In this document: piece by piece, positions 26,620 to 38,900 of the stretch | Position numbering within the stretch: the first letter of the stretch is position 1 | Layout of the letters: the number at the start of each line of letters is the position of its first letter | Assembly (NCBI GenBank): GCA_028534125.1 | Contig: CM052817.1 | Span: 16,184,001-16,248,000 of the forward strand | Direction: 5' to 3' | DNA: 64,000 bases | Source of the DNA: Lama glama | Taxonomy: Eukaryota | Position numbers and translations under genes: made by a program | The notes under the pieces: model-generated | What the model saw: only the letters and a program-made list of their open reading frames with translations | Databases searched by the model: none | Told to the model about the DNA's origin: nothing

Positions 26620-26790
26620 CCAGCCACTCATCATGTGTCACCTGCAAGTGACTTATCCTCTCTGAGCCTCAGTTTTGTCATCTCTAAAATAAATGGAATA
26701 AACTCCCTCACACGGCTGCCATGAGATCAAGTTCGATACACCACCACATACCAAGCACACATCAGGAGCTCAAGGCGGTAGCTGTTAACA
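26620..26790 (+). mobile_element. MIR SINE
   Basis: gcaagtgacttatcctctctgagcctcagttttgtcatctctaaaat. Confidence 0.85.
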
Positions 26791-27865
26791 TGCAGCACAG
26801 CTCCACTGTTAAAATTCTCTTTAACACAAAAAAGAGAGAAAATAATTAGCTCCCCCCAACCCCCAAAATCCAGACTTCCTTCCCACAGACAGAGCGATGT
26901 CCCATAAGGTGGTTTCATTCATTCGGCTGACATTTACTGAGCATCACCCATGCGCCAGGCTTTGTCCTCCATCCTGGGAATTGTCCAGGCTTGGCCTCTA
27001 ATTTTAAAAGTGACAGAACCAACACTTAAGGTGACACACAAGAAAAAAACAGGTGGCGGGAAAATCATAATTTTTTTTTTTTTGCAAAACTTCCTCCACT
27101 GCACACAAACTCAGCCCTCCGTGTCCTTCATGAATCTTGAAGAGTGATTCTGTCCTCTCAGAAACCTTCAGAGACCTGCAGCCCAGCTCCTCTCCTGGGT
27201 TCTCCCAGCTCCTGAGTCAGGGTCAGTCTCGGAATTTCCACATGGTGCTGCCATTTTGATTCAACAAAGTGACAGATCCCTACCCAGTGATCTTGTAAGG
27301 ACAGGGACAAAGTCGTGTTAATTTCTTTACTTCCTCCCTCACCAGAACAGTGTCTGCACACAGCAGTGAGACTGCACCTATAAGCCTCTAGAACAGAAAG
27401 CTCCACCATCAACATGTTCCCCTTGGTCGCTCCTAGTGACCAGAGAGTCAGTCCCTGAGCTTAAGCAGCTCCGTTCCAGATACATTTTCCCACAGCAAAA
27501 AAAAAAAAGGCAAATATAAAATTCTTTGTTCCTGGAACAAGAAGAAAAGCTCACAAGACTGAGAAAATGGCTGGCATTAGCACTCACTTCAACAGGCCAG
27601 CAAAACTTGCCACTGTTTCTTCTATCTGATCTTTGGGGCCCTCCAACTCCATACTCCCATGATCTGACCATGAGGCAAAAACCACATTCTGCTCTTTCCC
27701 AGTGTACTTGAACCATGATGGTCTTTGGCTTGAGTGAGCCAATAGCCTATTGGTTTCACTTTCTTCTCTATAAAAACAGTCTACGGTGAAATGAACAAGA
27801 CAGTCTTGAATTGACCAAATGTTGGCAAAGAACAAAGCAAAGTTTAGTGACTTCATGAGCATCTT

Positions 27866-27958
27866 TTACTTTTTTTTTTTAAATGGAGGTGCTGGGGATT
27901 GAACCCAGGAGCTCGTGCATGCTAAGCAGGTGCTCTACTACTGAGCTCTCCCCTCCCC
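27866..27958 (-). mobile_element. Camelid Vic-1-type tRNA-derived SINE
   Basis: Minus strand ggggaggggagagctcagtagtagagcacctgcttagcatgcacgagctcctgggttcaatccccagcacctcc plus A tail; A-box and B-box (GGTTCAATCC) visible. Confidence 0.85.
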
Positions 27959-28822
27959 AATCAAGTATCTTGAGAAAGAAAGAATATGAATCTATTGAGT
28001 GGTCCTTGTAATCCCACTCTTAGGTTACACAGAGGGAAGTTTGGAGCTGGAAAAAGAGATCACAGAGGTATTCAAGATGATGGGGAAAGAAGTAACGGGG
28101 GAGAGGAAAAAAAATTCTTCTATCCTATAGACTTAGGCCAAGCATTTGTTAGCGTTGTGTCTAACTCCCTAAACCAAAAAAAGTAAACTCAAACAAACAA
28201 AGAATTCACCAGCCAGAACCAGGCAGACTCTCCCGCCTTGATTCACACATGGTCTCCTCACTCCCCACTCCCACCACAGATGGTGGCAGAGCTCTGACAC
28301 ACGCAGCGCCCTCAGGCACTGAAACCTCCTCTGAGTCCCTCCGCAAGGGTGGTGGGCTGGTCCCCCTCTCAGCTTCCCGGGGGCATCTCTGTTGCTCCTT
28401 CTCTCTGCACCCCATCAAAATGGCACATTGTTAGGACTGTGCTCAGGATGTGTGATTTGGGACAGACAGTCGTTGGAGTTCCCATATGTTTAAGGTACAT
28501 ATCTGGGCCACTGAGAAAAAGGAATTAAAGCATTCTCAAAAATAGCAGGAGAGCAAATTGGCCTTTCCCTCTGAGAGCTATTATTAGAGAAGCCCAGCCC
28601 AACTCAACCAGAAAGCCAGTATCTAGCCTGTCCGTTCTCCCCCTGCATCACTGTCCCACACATCCCGCCCCCTTCCCAATAGGACTGCCCCGCTGCATCC
28701 CAGCCAGACCACATGTCACCTTTAATGTTGATAACTGGCTGGCAGAGATCAGGGGAAGCATCCTTTCTCATAGAGCAACTTGGTGGTCCAAAGTTTAATT
28801 TCACATAATACCGAGAACTCAC

Positions 28823-28839
28823 GGAACATGGAAGTGCAT
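28823..28839 (-). CDS. Candidate alternative first coding exon, MHFHV(P), phase 2
   Basis: Minus strand ATG CAC TTC CAT GTT CC|gtgagt (consensus intron hexamer 28822-28817); upstream CT-rich tract and CRE; Kozak context weak. Confidence 0.3.
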
Positions 28840-29089
28840 TTGATTTGTACTCGCGGAATTTGGCAACCTGCTAGCTCTTCTCTTTGTGTACCTGCTGAAG
28901 TCGCAGCTGCTGCCTAAACTTTGTAAATCAACGCTAAGCAAATGCCAAATAAAGAAACCAACTTCCCAGGATGCAGAAAGGGCAGGGGAATCACAGTTTT
29001 TGTTCTCAGAAATATGCTGTGACCTGCTTCCGAGCTGTGTCCTGGCAGCTTGGATGTGTCTCTGTTCTCCTGTGTCTGGAATCCTCCTT

Positions 29090-29750
29090 TACCTCCCAGA
29101 GAGAGAGAGAGACAGAGAGCGAGAAGAAGAGGGAAGGGGAGGGGAGGTAGGAGGAGAGGGGAGCAGGGAGAGGGGAGGAAAGAAGATCTGAAGGAGGGAG
29201 AGATGGAATAAAGGAGAGGGAAACAGCCTTTCTTATTATTTGTCCCGGATTGAGTAGACAATGTTGGCTGGGAAGACAACACACAGCCTTACTATTTCTC
29301 ACGACACACATTTCTAACGGAAATTAGAGATCTCAAGAGTCAGTTTTTTCAGTGGAGTTCATCCCCTGTCGTGCAATCAGAGTTAATGCGAAAACAGGCT
29401 CATTTCACTTGATCCGCAACTTTCCAGGCATGGATCCGTGGCGTGTACGATGACGTCACTAGGTGGGCCTTCTTATCGCTCCTGGTCCTTGGGCCGCATG
29501 GGACATATTTCTCAACAGCAACTCCTTGCTGAAGGATTTGGAGTTAATCACTCAAAATCCTCTGGCACGTTGCAGTCTGTGTTCCCTTGGGCACGGGTAA
29601 TGCACAACTGAATCAACCAACCGAAGATGGAGAAGCCCAACATTTCTCAGCACGACGAAAGCGGACTTTATAGGTGGGCTGTCAGGCAGCCACCTCTATT
29701 TCCCTGCCTATCTCAAAGGATACATCTGTCCCAGACGCACGATGAGGAAG
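29090..29750 (-). promoter_or_regulatory. Candidate internal promoter: full CRE, local CpG enrichment, CT-rich tract
   Basis: TGACGTCA 29451-29458; visibly more CpG than flanks at 29300-29750; purine/pyrimidine tract 29098-29220; repeat-free. Confidence 0.5.
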
Positions 29751-30044
29751 CAGAAGGAGGTATAGGCATGATGTATGGACTAGAGGTGACTTACAGCTCC
29801 TCTCTGCCTTTCAGGTGCTGGCTTCTGGTGACTCAGGCCAAGTGATCTGGGTAGCAGTGATGACACTTAGAGCCGCCATCTATTGAATACTTAAACGCCA
29901 GGCTCTGTGCTAGATCTATATATGTGTGTGTCTTGTCTTCTCCCAATAAAACAGGAGTTCCATAAAGGGCAAATATCTTGTCTCTGTTGTTTTATCTTTT
30001 TCCTTTTGTTTTCCTTTGGTTTGCCAATGTCCCCCCAACACACA

Positions 30045-30290
30045 CATAATAATGACTAACACTTACAGAGCACTGCGAGATGCCAGGCATCGTTCTAAGG
30101 GCGGAAAATACAGAAACTCACAGAATCCTCACAACAACCCTCTGAGGTCGACAGATTCTCTCATTACCCCCATTTTTTATAGATGCACAGAGAACTTCGG
30201 TAACTTGTCTAAATAAGTGGTGAAACCTGAATTCAAACACAGATATTCTGCTTCCAGAATCTATGCTTTTAACGTCTATGCTATTGAAGG
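30045..30290 (-). mobile_element. MIR SINE
   Basis: aataatgactaacacttacagagcac...aatcctcacaacaaccctctgagg...taacttgtctaa...attcaaacacag. Confidence 0.9.
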
Positions 30291-30369
30291 ATGTTTATTG
30301 TATCAGTTAACATTTTTTGAATGAATGAAGGCTCTCATGTAAGCATTAAAACAGCCTTAAGGAGAACAT

Positions 30370-30482
30370 ACGACTACTGTTCTCTACAAATTAGGCAGCT
30401 GAGACTCAGAGTGGTTAAGTAACTTGCCCAAGGTCACACAGCTCCTTGTGCAGAATGAGGACACAACTCAGGTCTTGCCGAC
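30370..30482 (-). mobile_element. MIR SINE fragment
   Basis: ctgagactcagagtggttaagtaacttgcccaaggtcacacagct. Confidence 0.9.
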
Positions 30483-31859
30483 AGGAAGGCCCACGCATGA
30501 TCTTGAAATGACTGTAGAACTTCAAACCACACGACCAAGCCACTCCCTACTCAGTGCTTCCATTCAGGGGCTCCGTATCCCCCATCTTATTAATAACAGT
30601 ATCTATTTTTGCAAACAAAACAAGTTGTTTAAGATAAAACAGATATATCTCTTCACAGGTCTACGTGGTTTTTGCTTTGTTTTGTTTTGTTTTCCCCAAT
30701 AAGTTGTATAACAAAAGAAAAGCTGATATTTTAAATGACGAATCAGAAGTGGGTCAGGCGAGTCTTTGATTTCAAGAGGGCCTGTCCAGCAGAATTTGTC
30801 ACTGGAGGACCTTAGCTGTGTGGTTACTTCCGTAAGGAATGCCCCCACAGCGGGCTCTGGACACTGCGTACTCAGTATGGGAAAGGCCTGATGTCCACGG
30901 CAGAGAACCAGGTGGCGCTGATGACACACCTCGGCTAAACCCAGGACCTCAGCCCTCTCTCTCTTCCAGGCACAGGTCTGGGAGCCAGGGAGGTCTTCCT
31001 CAGCCCGTGAAAACTTTTGCCTTCGTCCAGCACTTGCTCCAACCGCTTGCTCCTAAATGACTGTTCCTCCGTCTGATTATTTTTCTTCTACACACACCTG
31101 TCATCCAACTTTTCATTTTTTAAAGTTTTAAAAATTTATTACTCCTGAAGCGAGGACCTGAGAATGAGCCGGCGATTAACGGAATCATTTGACTGACCTT
31201 CAGGAGACCCAACCGGTGGGTGATTGATGAAATGGCTACAGGTTTAAGCAGAAGGTCAGCTTCAATAATACGGCTGTTACTTCCCATGGTCCTTACAACC
31301 CAACTCAGTTGATGGCCTTCACTTCTCCTTTGCAACAATTTTGAGGCCAAGGTATTTGACTGACTCCACCACTTGCCACCCTCTAGTGAGGCTCCTTGCA
31401 TACTAAAGACATGCTATCAGTATCGCACCCAAAACGATCATGATCTAACATCAGAGATGATTGCTCTCAACCACGGAGGTTCCCTGTTAGTTGCTTTTCC
31501 ACCATATCCGATCAACCTGCCGCGGGGACCCGGCAGAGGTTACCTGGAAGGCAGTTCTCGCTGCTCCCTCCAATCAGCCTGCATCCATCACTGACACCCC
31601 GTTCTGGAGTTTAAAATGGGGGTCATAAAACCGTCCTGCCCACCTTCAGAAATTTAACACATTAAAGTTCTCCTTCTAGCTGGCAGCATTTGAACTTGAA
31701 AGAGGGAATAAAAGAAGGAAAAAGATTTCATTAAAACTTTTTTCCAGCCACTTCTAAAGGTTAATAATAGGTAAATCTTGAACCTCATCAGCACTGAAGA
31801 ACATGCTTCAGATTTTCTCTGCAAAGTAACCCCATACATAAGAAATAACAACCACAAGA

Positions 31860-32330
31860 ACCAAGAGGCCATTGCATCCCTTTGCCTGCATCATCTCAAC
31901 GAGTCCTCAGAGGTTTCCTAGGAAATCTGGGCAGTGGGGCAGTTAGAAACAGAGGCTCTGGACCCACACTGCTCACAATGAAATCCTGGTCCTTCCACTG
32001 ACTAGCTGTGTGACCTTGGGCAAGTCAGCTAACCTCGCCCTGCCTCAGCCCTGCACACACAGAATGGCGATAAGGATAGCTCTCAAGATTGCTCTAGGAT
32101 TAAATGATTCAATGTACATAAAGTGCTAGGACAGGTCTGGGTATGTGGTACCTGCTCAGGTACGCATTATATATTGTCAGTACCATTAATCCAGTTTGAT
32201 AGATAAGGCAACCGAGGCTCTGGGAGATTAATTAAATGATGTCCTCAAAATCGTGACTACCGAGTGGAAACGTGAGGATTTGAACTAGGCAGTCTAACTC
32301 CATAGGCCAAGTTCTTGAGCACTCCATTAG
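31860..32330. mobile_element. Plus-strand MIR (about 31925-32180) nested in a minus-strand MIR
   Basis: actagctgtgtgaccttgggcaagtcagctaacctc on +, flanked by reverse MIR halves (catcatctcaacgagtcctca ... agataaggcaaccgaggctctgggagattaa...ggatttgaactaggcagtctaactcc). Confidence 0.8.
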
Positions 32331-33079
32331 TTCCCTCGTTAGCCCTGTGACATCAATTGAAGATGGACATGTTAAAGGGGAAAGATCACAAGGGCAGCCT
32401 GAAGCCATGCCCAGACCGGAGAAAGGTGCTTCCTGGTGTCTTGGTCAGCAGGGCGGGGCTTCCCCAGAGACCTATTGACTTAGGGATGGCCCTGCGCAGC
32501 TTTTCCAGCCCTTTACAAAGAAGGAGTGAGCCCTCCCAGTCTGTCCCTGCCTTGAAGCGGGATGTGTCAGAATATCCTTCAGAAAGGAAAGAAGAAAGAA
32601 ACAAATCATCCAAGGAGGTAAAGAGGGCATAACTGGTGTAGCATGCAGCCCCTTCTATTATCAGGAATGTCACATTTGTAAGGTCAGTTTTAGGCAAAGG
32701 AGAGTCTGATGCCTAAATAGGGTGATTTAGATGCTGAAGAAGGACGCAGCTTCCCAAAGAAATGTTTACCCACTGATGCCCTGCTATTCATGATTTACAC
32801 TTTCACATTGAGTCTGTATTTATTCGGTCCTCTTTCAAAATGCAAATATGCCTGTGAGGGGTAAGAAATTAAATTCTTGCCCCCGGTGATGGCTGTGTTC
32901 CTCAGATCCCCTTTCCACATGATGAAATACACAAGCACATGGATGTCCTCGGGGAAGAATGAAAAATAAAAGGGTGACGGGGCTCTGAAAGAAAAGCAGG
33001 GGGAAGGAGAACAAAAACCAGCGTCAAGATTCTACCAAACAGAAATGACTTGATTTGACTTTCCGTAGAACAGAAAGAT

Positions 33080-33230
33080 CTACTGTGCTTACTATGTTGG
33101 GTGCTTTCAAGTACAATTACAGCATTGAGCCTCAGAGAGGTTCAGTGACTTGGCCAAGATCACACAGCTAACAAGGGGCAGTTGAGATGTGAACACATTT
33201 ATCTCCAAACCCCATGATCTCGCCCCATCC
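33080..33230 (-). mobile_element. MIR SINE fragment
   Basis: ctcagagaggttcagtgacttggccaagatcacacagcta. Confidence 0.85.
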
Positions 33231-34071
33231 CCTCTGCCTCTCTATATTCAACTACCTGCTCTTGCAACTCAGAGATGGCTGTGAGTCCCTATTTCTAAAC
33301 CAGAATCTGTGCTCAACCATTCCTTTGCAAGACGTCGGGCTTATAAACGCTCCCCGCCTCATATGTATTCCTCATCTCCCCCACCACTTCCAAGGCAGTC
33401 ATGAGGATAAAACATGTGATTTTGTTTCTCTTCATAATTTCTCCTCCAGAGGGCTCTGGTCACAGTCAGAAGCAGCAGGGGTTACACTGAAGCTTAAGGA
33501 AAAGCAAAACTATTAAACCACAGTCCATCCCTCTTCAACAACTCTGCCCAAACTTGCAGAGGAAACAATGATTCCTATTACAGCAGCAGTCCCCTGAGAC
33601 ACAACCAGCAGCCAAGAGCAAAACACCTGAGCCAACCCCTGCTTTTTCCCCCTCCTTACCAATTCCCTGCATGCAAGCCTATCTCAGTGGGAAAGTATAT
33701 GCTCCAGAAGGGGAAGAGGTGAATGGGACATGAAACTGACTAAGCGGTCAGTGCCCAGAGACCTAAATAGAGTCCTGCCTCCATGGGGAAGTTACCCAAA
33801 ACCTCAGGCTTCTACTCACAGAAGGAAAGATAGAGAATTGCTCATTCTTCAGCCCTGCTCTTCTCTTTTTGCTGATAGAGACCACTTCCCATCATAAAGG
33901 CTGAAAATACTAACCTCTCCTTTCCTAGCCTGCCCTACAGCTAGGACATCAGTATATCTTAATTGTGTCCACGGAGAAATGAGGGGAAAGGTGTGTAAGT
34001 GGCTCCTGAGAAAAGTTTTCATCTCCAATAGAAAGATGTGTGCAAGAAGAAACTCGCCTTCTTGCTTTTGG

Positions 34072-34204
34072 TGGTTTCCTTTGGGGGTGATAATTAGGTT
34101 TATTTACTTATTTTAATTTTTTTAGACGGAGGCACTGGGAATTGAACCCAGGACCTTGTACATGCTAAGCAAGTGTTTTACCACTGAGCTATACCCTCCC
34201 CCCT
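34072..34204 (-). mobile_element. Camelid Vic-1-type SINE with 15-bp TSD
   Basis: Minus strand gggagggtatagctcagtggtaaaacacttgcttagcatgtacaaggtcctgggttcaattccc, tail taaataaacctaattatcacccc; TSD ccttcttgcttttgg 34057-34071 / ccttcttgtttttgg 34205-34219. Confidence 0.9.
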
Positions 34205-34387
34205 CCTTCTTGTTTTTGGAATTGAGTGATGCCCCAAGCATCCATCTTAGGATCATAAAGGGAGAGCCTGAGGAGCTAGCCAATGCAGAGAGGACAGCTG
34301 AGCGGAGGCACAGAGAGAACCTGGGCCTGGATGACATGATTGAATCTCTGATCCAGTTCTGGAACCACCTTGCCTCCAGACTTCTTG

Positions 34388-35127
34388 TGTACTGGTTATC
34401 TATTGCTGTGTAACAAGCAGCCCTAAAGTTTAGCAATTTAAAATAACAAACATTATTTTGTAACTCCAGGGGATCGTGAATCTGAGAGTGGCAGAGGTGA
34501 CTGACTCTGGCTCGGGGTCTTCCACAAGGCTACAGTCAAGGTGCTGGTCAGGGCTGCAGTCCTCTCAAGGCTCAAGTGGGGGAGGATCTGCTTCCAAACT
34601 CACCCACACGGCAGTTGCCAGCCTCAGAAGATCTTCTTCCAAGCTCACTAACATGGGTCACACCACAGGGTTGCCTCACAACATGGCAGCTGACTTCTCC
34701 CAGAGAAGCAACAAAAGAGAGAGTGAGGGAGAGTACCCCATATGGAAGCCACAGTCTTTCGTTATCACCTAGTATTACAAGTGGCATCCTATTACTCCCT
34801 GCTATACTCCATTCTTTTATTGCAGGTGTTTTCAACCTTGGCACCACCGACATTTTGAGTTGGGTAATTCTTTGCTGGGAGGGCTATCCTGTGCTCTACA
34901 GGATGTTTAGCAATATCCCTGGCCTCTACTAGTGCCAGTATTACCATCACCACCCCCAGTTAAAACAAAAAAAGTCATCAGACATTGTCCAATGTCCCAC
35001 AGGAAACAGTCACCCCCAGATGAGAACCACTGATTTATAATGAGCCACAAAATCAAAAGGAGAGGATTACACAAAGGCATGAAGGACCAGCAGCAGGGAT
35101 CTCGCAATTTGGAGCCTGCATACCACA
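34388..35127 (-). mobile_element. MaLR LTR (MLT1E/F-like), interrupted by MER20
   Basis: TG...gttatctattgctgtgtaacaa...ggatctgcttccaaactcac...cctcacaacatggcagctgacttc...taccaCA; flanks tcttg / tcttc. Confidence 0.85.
34823..35032. mobile_element. MER20 hAT-Charlie MITE
   Basis: caggtgttttcaaccttggcac...gacattttg...ggatgtttagca...gagaaccactg; about 210 bp with TIRs. Confidence 0.9.
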
Positions 35128-36549
35128 TCTTCCTTTACACAATAATCACCTTCTTGAATGTTTAAGCCACTTAATGTTGATTCTTTGGTTATTTGAAGCC
35201 AAGAGCTCCCTAACTGATACAAAGGGACTAGCCACTTATTTTCTCTATTAATATACTGTGACTTTTCCCATTTTTCAGGAGTTCCAAGTAAAAAAATCAG
35301 CAAAGTAACATGCTTACCAATGAAATGACTCAACACTAGTATCCTAGGAAAATACCAATATCTTTCATTTTAGACCAATCAAATGCTCAACACCACCATA
35401 CACACAATTCTACAGGAAAGCCATCAGCTGCCTCCATCTTGTGTATTTTCACTGCATGAAGAAGACCTGAAAGTCACAATAACAAGGACAATTTTTAAAA
35501 TGCTACCACTTCAAGAAAGGAATGACCATATCATACCAGTTGGGATTTTTTTAAGCATTTAGTAAATGACATACGGTCAGGAAAAGACTGCTCCTGTTCT
35601 GTCTGGGTTTAGAGTTGAAATGGAGAAGAATGAGCCACCATTCAGAAGACATAGGCATTGACTGGACAGCAAAGGAGAATGATGACCAGCTGATCCTGCA
35701 GCATCTTCTTTCATATTTGTGTCTGTTCACCACCACCCTCATTTTTTGGGGTGCCTTCCAAGTTAAATACTCTTTAGGGACAAAGCAACTCTTGGGTTCT
35801 TCCTCCCCTCATTCCAGTTCTCTGGCTACCCTTACTGTTATACCCTCAAACCTGAACTACATGAGTCTATTCAATTTACCAAGACCCCTGGTTTTCATCC
35901 TAGAGAGCCTTCATGGTCTCCCAGGGGCAAAGAGCTCCTTTCTACCTTATGATGACCCTGGCTGGGTCTCTCAACCCCCAGGCTGTGAACAAATGGTCCT
36001 AAGGAAAGACCACATGGTGATTTTTATTAAAAACTAAGGGTCTTTTTATTGGCCTAACCCGTCCCTTTCCAGAGCTCCCTCAGGAGATTACAAAGTCTGT
36101 AACAGACATCCGAAACCAATTATCAACTAAGGGGCAGTAGTTCCAGGAAGAACTATGGAGTTCAAGATGAAAGGCTCAAAACGAAACCTATTTCCAACAC
36201 AAATATCTTTTAGAATGGTAGAAATAAACCTTGGGGGGGATATAATATTATTGTAAAATGTGTTTTTTATGACACTGTAATGATTAATGGCATTTCACAC
36301 TAATAAAGTTGACAGGAAGAGGATGTGAAAGACTAACAAAAGTGCAAATACAAATTTCCTTTTAATATTACCAGTATTCTTCTACAAGAACAAGACATGC
36401 ACTAACAGGATAAGAGGAACAGCTATTTTAAAAATCCAAAATAAATAAACAGTGGTAGACATCAACGGTATAGCAAACTGGATAGTAAATCCCATTTGAT
36501 GAATTTCCCAGAGAGGTACTGAAAATACGGAAAATATTCCTTCCTCTTT

Positions 36550-38480
36550 TCAGTCACCAATCCTTTCTGCTGACCAAGACTTGTACCTAACAGCATGGAA
36601 TCTCACTCTTTGAAGAAAAAGGCGTCCGAATCCAGACTTCCACCATCCATTACCTCGCTCCTTTTCCGCAAATCCATGCCTTACATCGCCTTTCTCATCC
36701 TCACCTGTGCTCTTCAAGAGCTCAGCCCTCCCACCCAAGACTGGCCCCTCCACCACTGCCCCCATCACCTCCAGCCACCTAGGGCCCTTTCTTTTCTTGA
36801 CCTTGCCTGTATCTTATCGTCCCCTCTGCACCTTGTGTACCTTCTCCATGTAGAACATAACCTCATGTGACTGCATTTGTTAACTGCTACTTTATTTTGC
36901 TTCTTTCTCTAACTCCTGGGTGAGTGATTTTCTCACCAGACATTCTTCAATCTGGGGACGAATCTGATAAGCGTCATCTACTTGAACTCACTACTTGGGG
37001 AGACTGACCACTGGGAATTCACTAATAGTATCTTTCCAGCCAAATCCCTGAGGTCTCTTCTCATTTCTTATTCTGCTTAACTTCCCAAGCCACTTGACAT
37101 TGATAGCTGCTACCAGCAGCTTCTGAGTTCTCTCCCACCTCTCTGGCGCCTTCTTTACCTGCTTCCTTACTTCTCCTTTCTCCCTCCCAGCTTCTTTGGG
37201 CAACAGCCTGCAAAGCTCAGTCTTCAGTCTTCTGTTTCTCCCACTGAATCAGCCTCCCTAAGCCTCCACTTCCTTTTCTATTAAATGGAGATTATAGTAG
37301 TGTCTACCTCACTGAGTTGACTGAGAAAAAAATAACATAATTAATCCAAGTAGAGTGCTGAGCATGGAGCCACCCCAAAGTCAGTGTGATTTCTGATCAG
37401 GATTTCCTTGAGTGTGCATCCTGTTCTCATGCTGGAACATAAGCTCTAGGAGGGCAGGGACTTCGTTTTGCTCACTCCTGTATCTCTAGCTCACAGAATC
37501 ATGCCTGCACAAAGTAGGCACTTAATAACTGTAACTAAGGGAGTGAAAGAACATTTCAAGTAATAACTCACTGCTGGTGATTCCCAAATACAGCCCCTTA
37601 TTTCTGACTCTGTTGATTCTAATTTTGAGACACAATTAATAAGACATTAGAATCACAAGCTGCCTAAAATTTAATTCAATGTCTCTTTTCCTTCTGATTC
37701 CTCTTTGCTTTACTGGCATGTTCAATAGCGTAATGGAGCAGGACCCTAAGGGGCCTTCCCAGGACAGATCTTCCCCCATATCCTCGCTATAGCTCCTCTC
37801 TGAAGTACCCAGATAATAGTATCTCCTGCATCTGTCCTGAGATGCTAAAAAACCACCATCAAATGGAAGAAATTAAGTGTTTAATGATCATGAGCATGTA
37901 GCCTAAGGATTGAGCACCATCAACCAATCAAAGAATTGTGCACAGCTGATCACATACCTGGGCCACTCCCCGACACCTCAGCTGACTTTTAAAAATGCTC
38001 AGCAGAAACCCTTTGGGGAGCTGGGGTTGGGGGTGGGGTTTGGGCACAAGCCAACTGTTCTCCTTGCTCAGCCCAGCAATAAATCTTTCTCTGCTCAAAA
38101 AAAAGGTCCTCGTTTTTATTAATTTGAAACAACCATTTCCACCATATCCTCCAGACAAAATTTTGGCTCACATGTTTCTCTCTCCTCCCCTCCTCTGCAC
38201 CCCCACCATCTCATATATCCCACTTGTCCTTCTTCTCTGCTGTCACTGCAATCTAGGTCTTTATTGCCCCCCTTTCTGTCTCTCAGATCATCACTGTGGC
38301 CTCCTATATGGTTTTCCTATCTCCAGTTCCCCTCAAGTCCTCCATCCAATTGCCAGATGAATCTCCCAGAAATGGGTACCCAGAGTTACTCTTTTGTTTA
38401 ATTAGTTTGTCTCCTTTGCTCTTGCTAGCAAGTCCAAACCCCTGAGGCTGGTAAGACTGCCTATTTGAAATTCTCCCTCT
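36550..38480 (+). mobile_element. Fragmented L2 LINE with nested MIR (about 37255-37390), L2 tail (about 37400-37545) and ERV LTR
   Basis: ccaaatcc...tctcatttcttattctgcttaacttccc..gccacttgacattg, gctggtgattcccaaat, aagctctaggagggcagggac...gtaggcacttaataa. Confidence 0.65.
37729..38104 (+). mobile_element. ERV1-class LTR, 3'-truncated, ending in A8
   Basis: gtaatggagcaggaccc start related to the 23064 LTR; catcaaccaatcaaagaattgtgcacagctgatcac; ttttaaaaa; AATAAA 38078-38083; A8 38097-38104. Confidence 0.8.
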
Positions 38481-38659
38481 CTCTCTCTTTCTCTCTCTCA
38501 GTATCTCTTAACGACATAGTGAATTAACTTCTCCCCACCACTTCCTCATCTTGGTTTTGTAGTGGACAAGAAGTCATGGGCAGCCCTTCTATGTCAATGT
38601 GTTTTTGATGGAAATGTTAAAGAGTTCTCCTTGAAGTTGGACTAGGATGGCACGGTGAG

Positions 38660-38900
38660 TAATAACCGTGGCTGCCATTCACGGGGCTCCTGCTCTCTCC
38701 CAGACATGGTGCTGAGCCCTGGACACAGCCTGCAGTACTGCACTTCATCCTCACAAACCCCAGGAGGTGGGGAGTGTCATCCCTCAGTAGGAGGATCCTT
38801 AGGCTCAGAGAGCTAAACAACTTGTCCCCAAACACACAGGAGAGCGGGCTTCTATCCCGACTCCAGCTGATCCCAAGGCCTGGGCACTTGAACATCCTGA
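38660..38900 (-). mobile_element. MIR SINE
   Basis: catcctcacaaaccccaggaggtgg...ggctcagagagctaaacaacttgtcccca. Confidence 0.8.

Larger units (their letters stand above)
33860..35221 (+). mobile_element. Old MaLR LTR (MLT1 I/J/K-like) split by three nested insertions
   Basis: ttcctagcctgccctacagctagg ... gaacctgggcctggatgacatgattg ... cctccagacttcttg, resuming at 35128 and ending tttaagccact...ccctaactgataCA. Confidence 0.75.

Noticed and set aside
27880..27958. tRNA gene (also 34125-34204)
   Set aside because: A/B boxes are present, but with A-rich tails, a TSD at the second copy and no intact cloverleaf: these are tRNA-derived SINEs.
34122..35128. Cluster of overlapping ORFs
   Set aside because: Entirely within the nested SINE, MLT1 and MER20 repeats.
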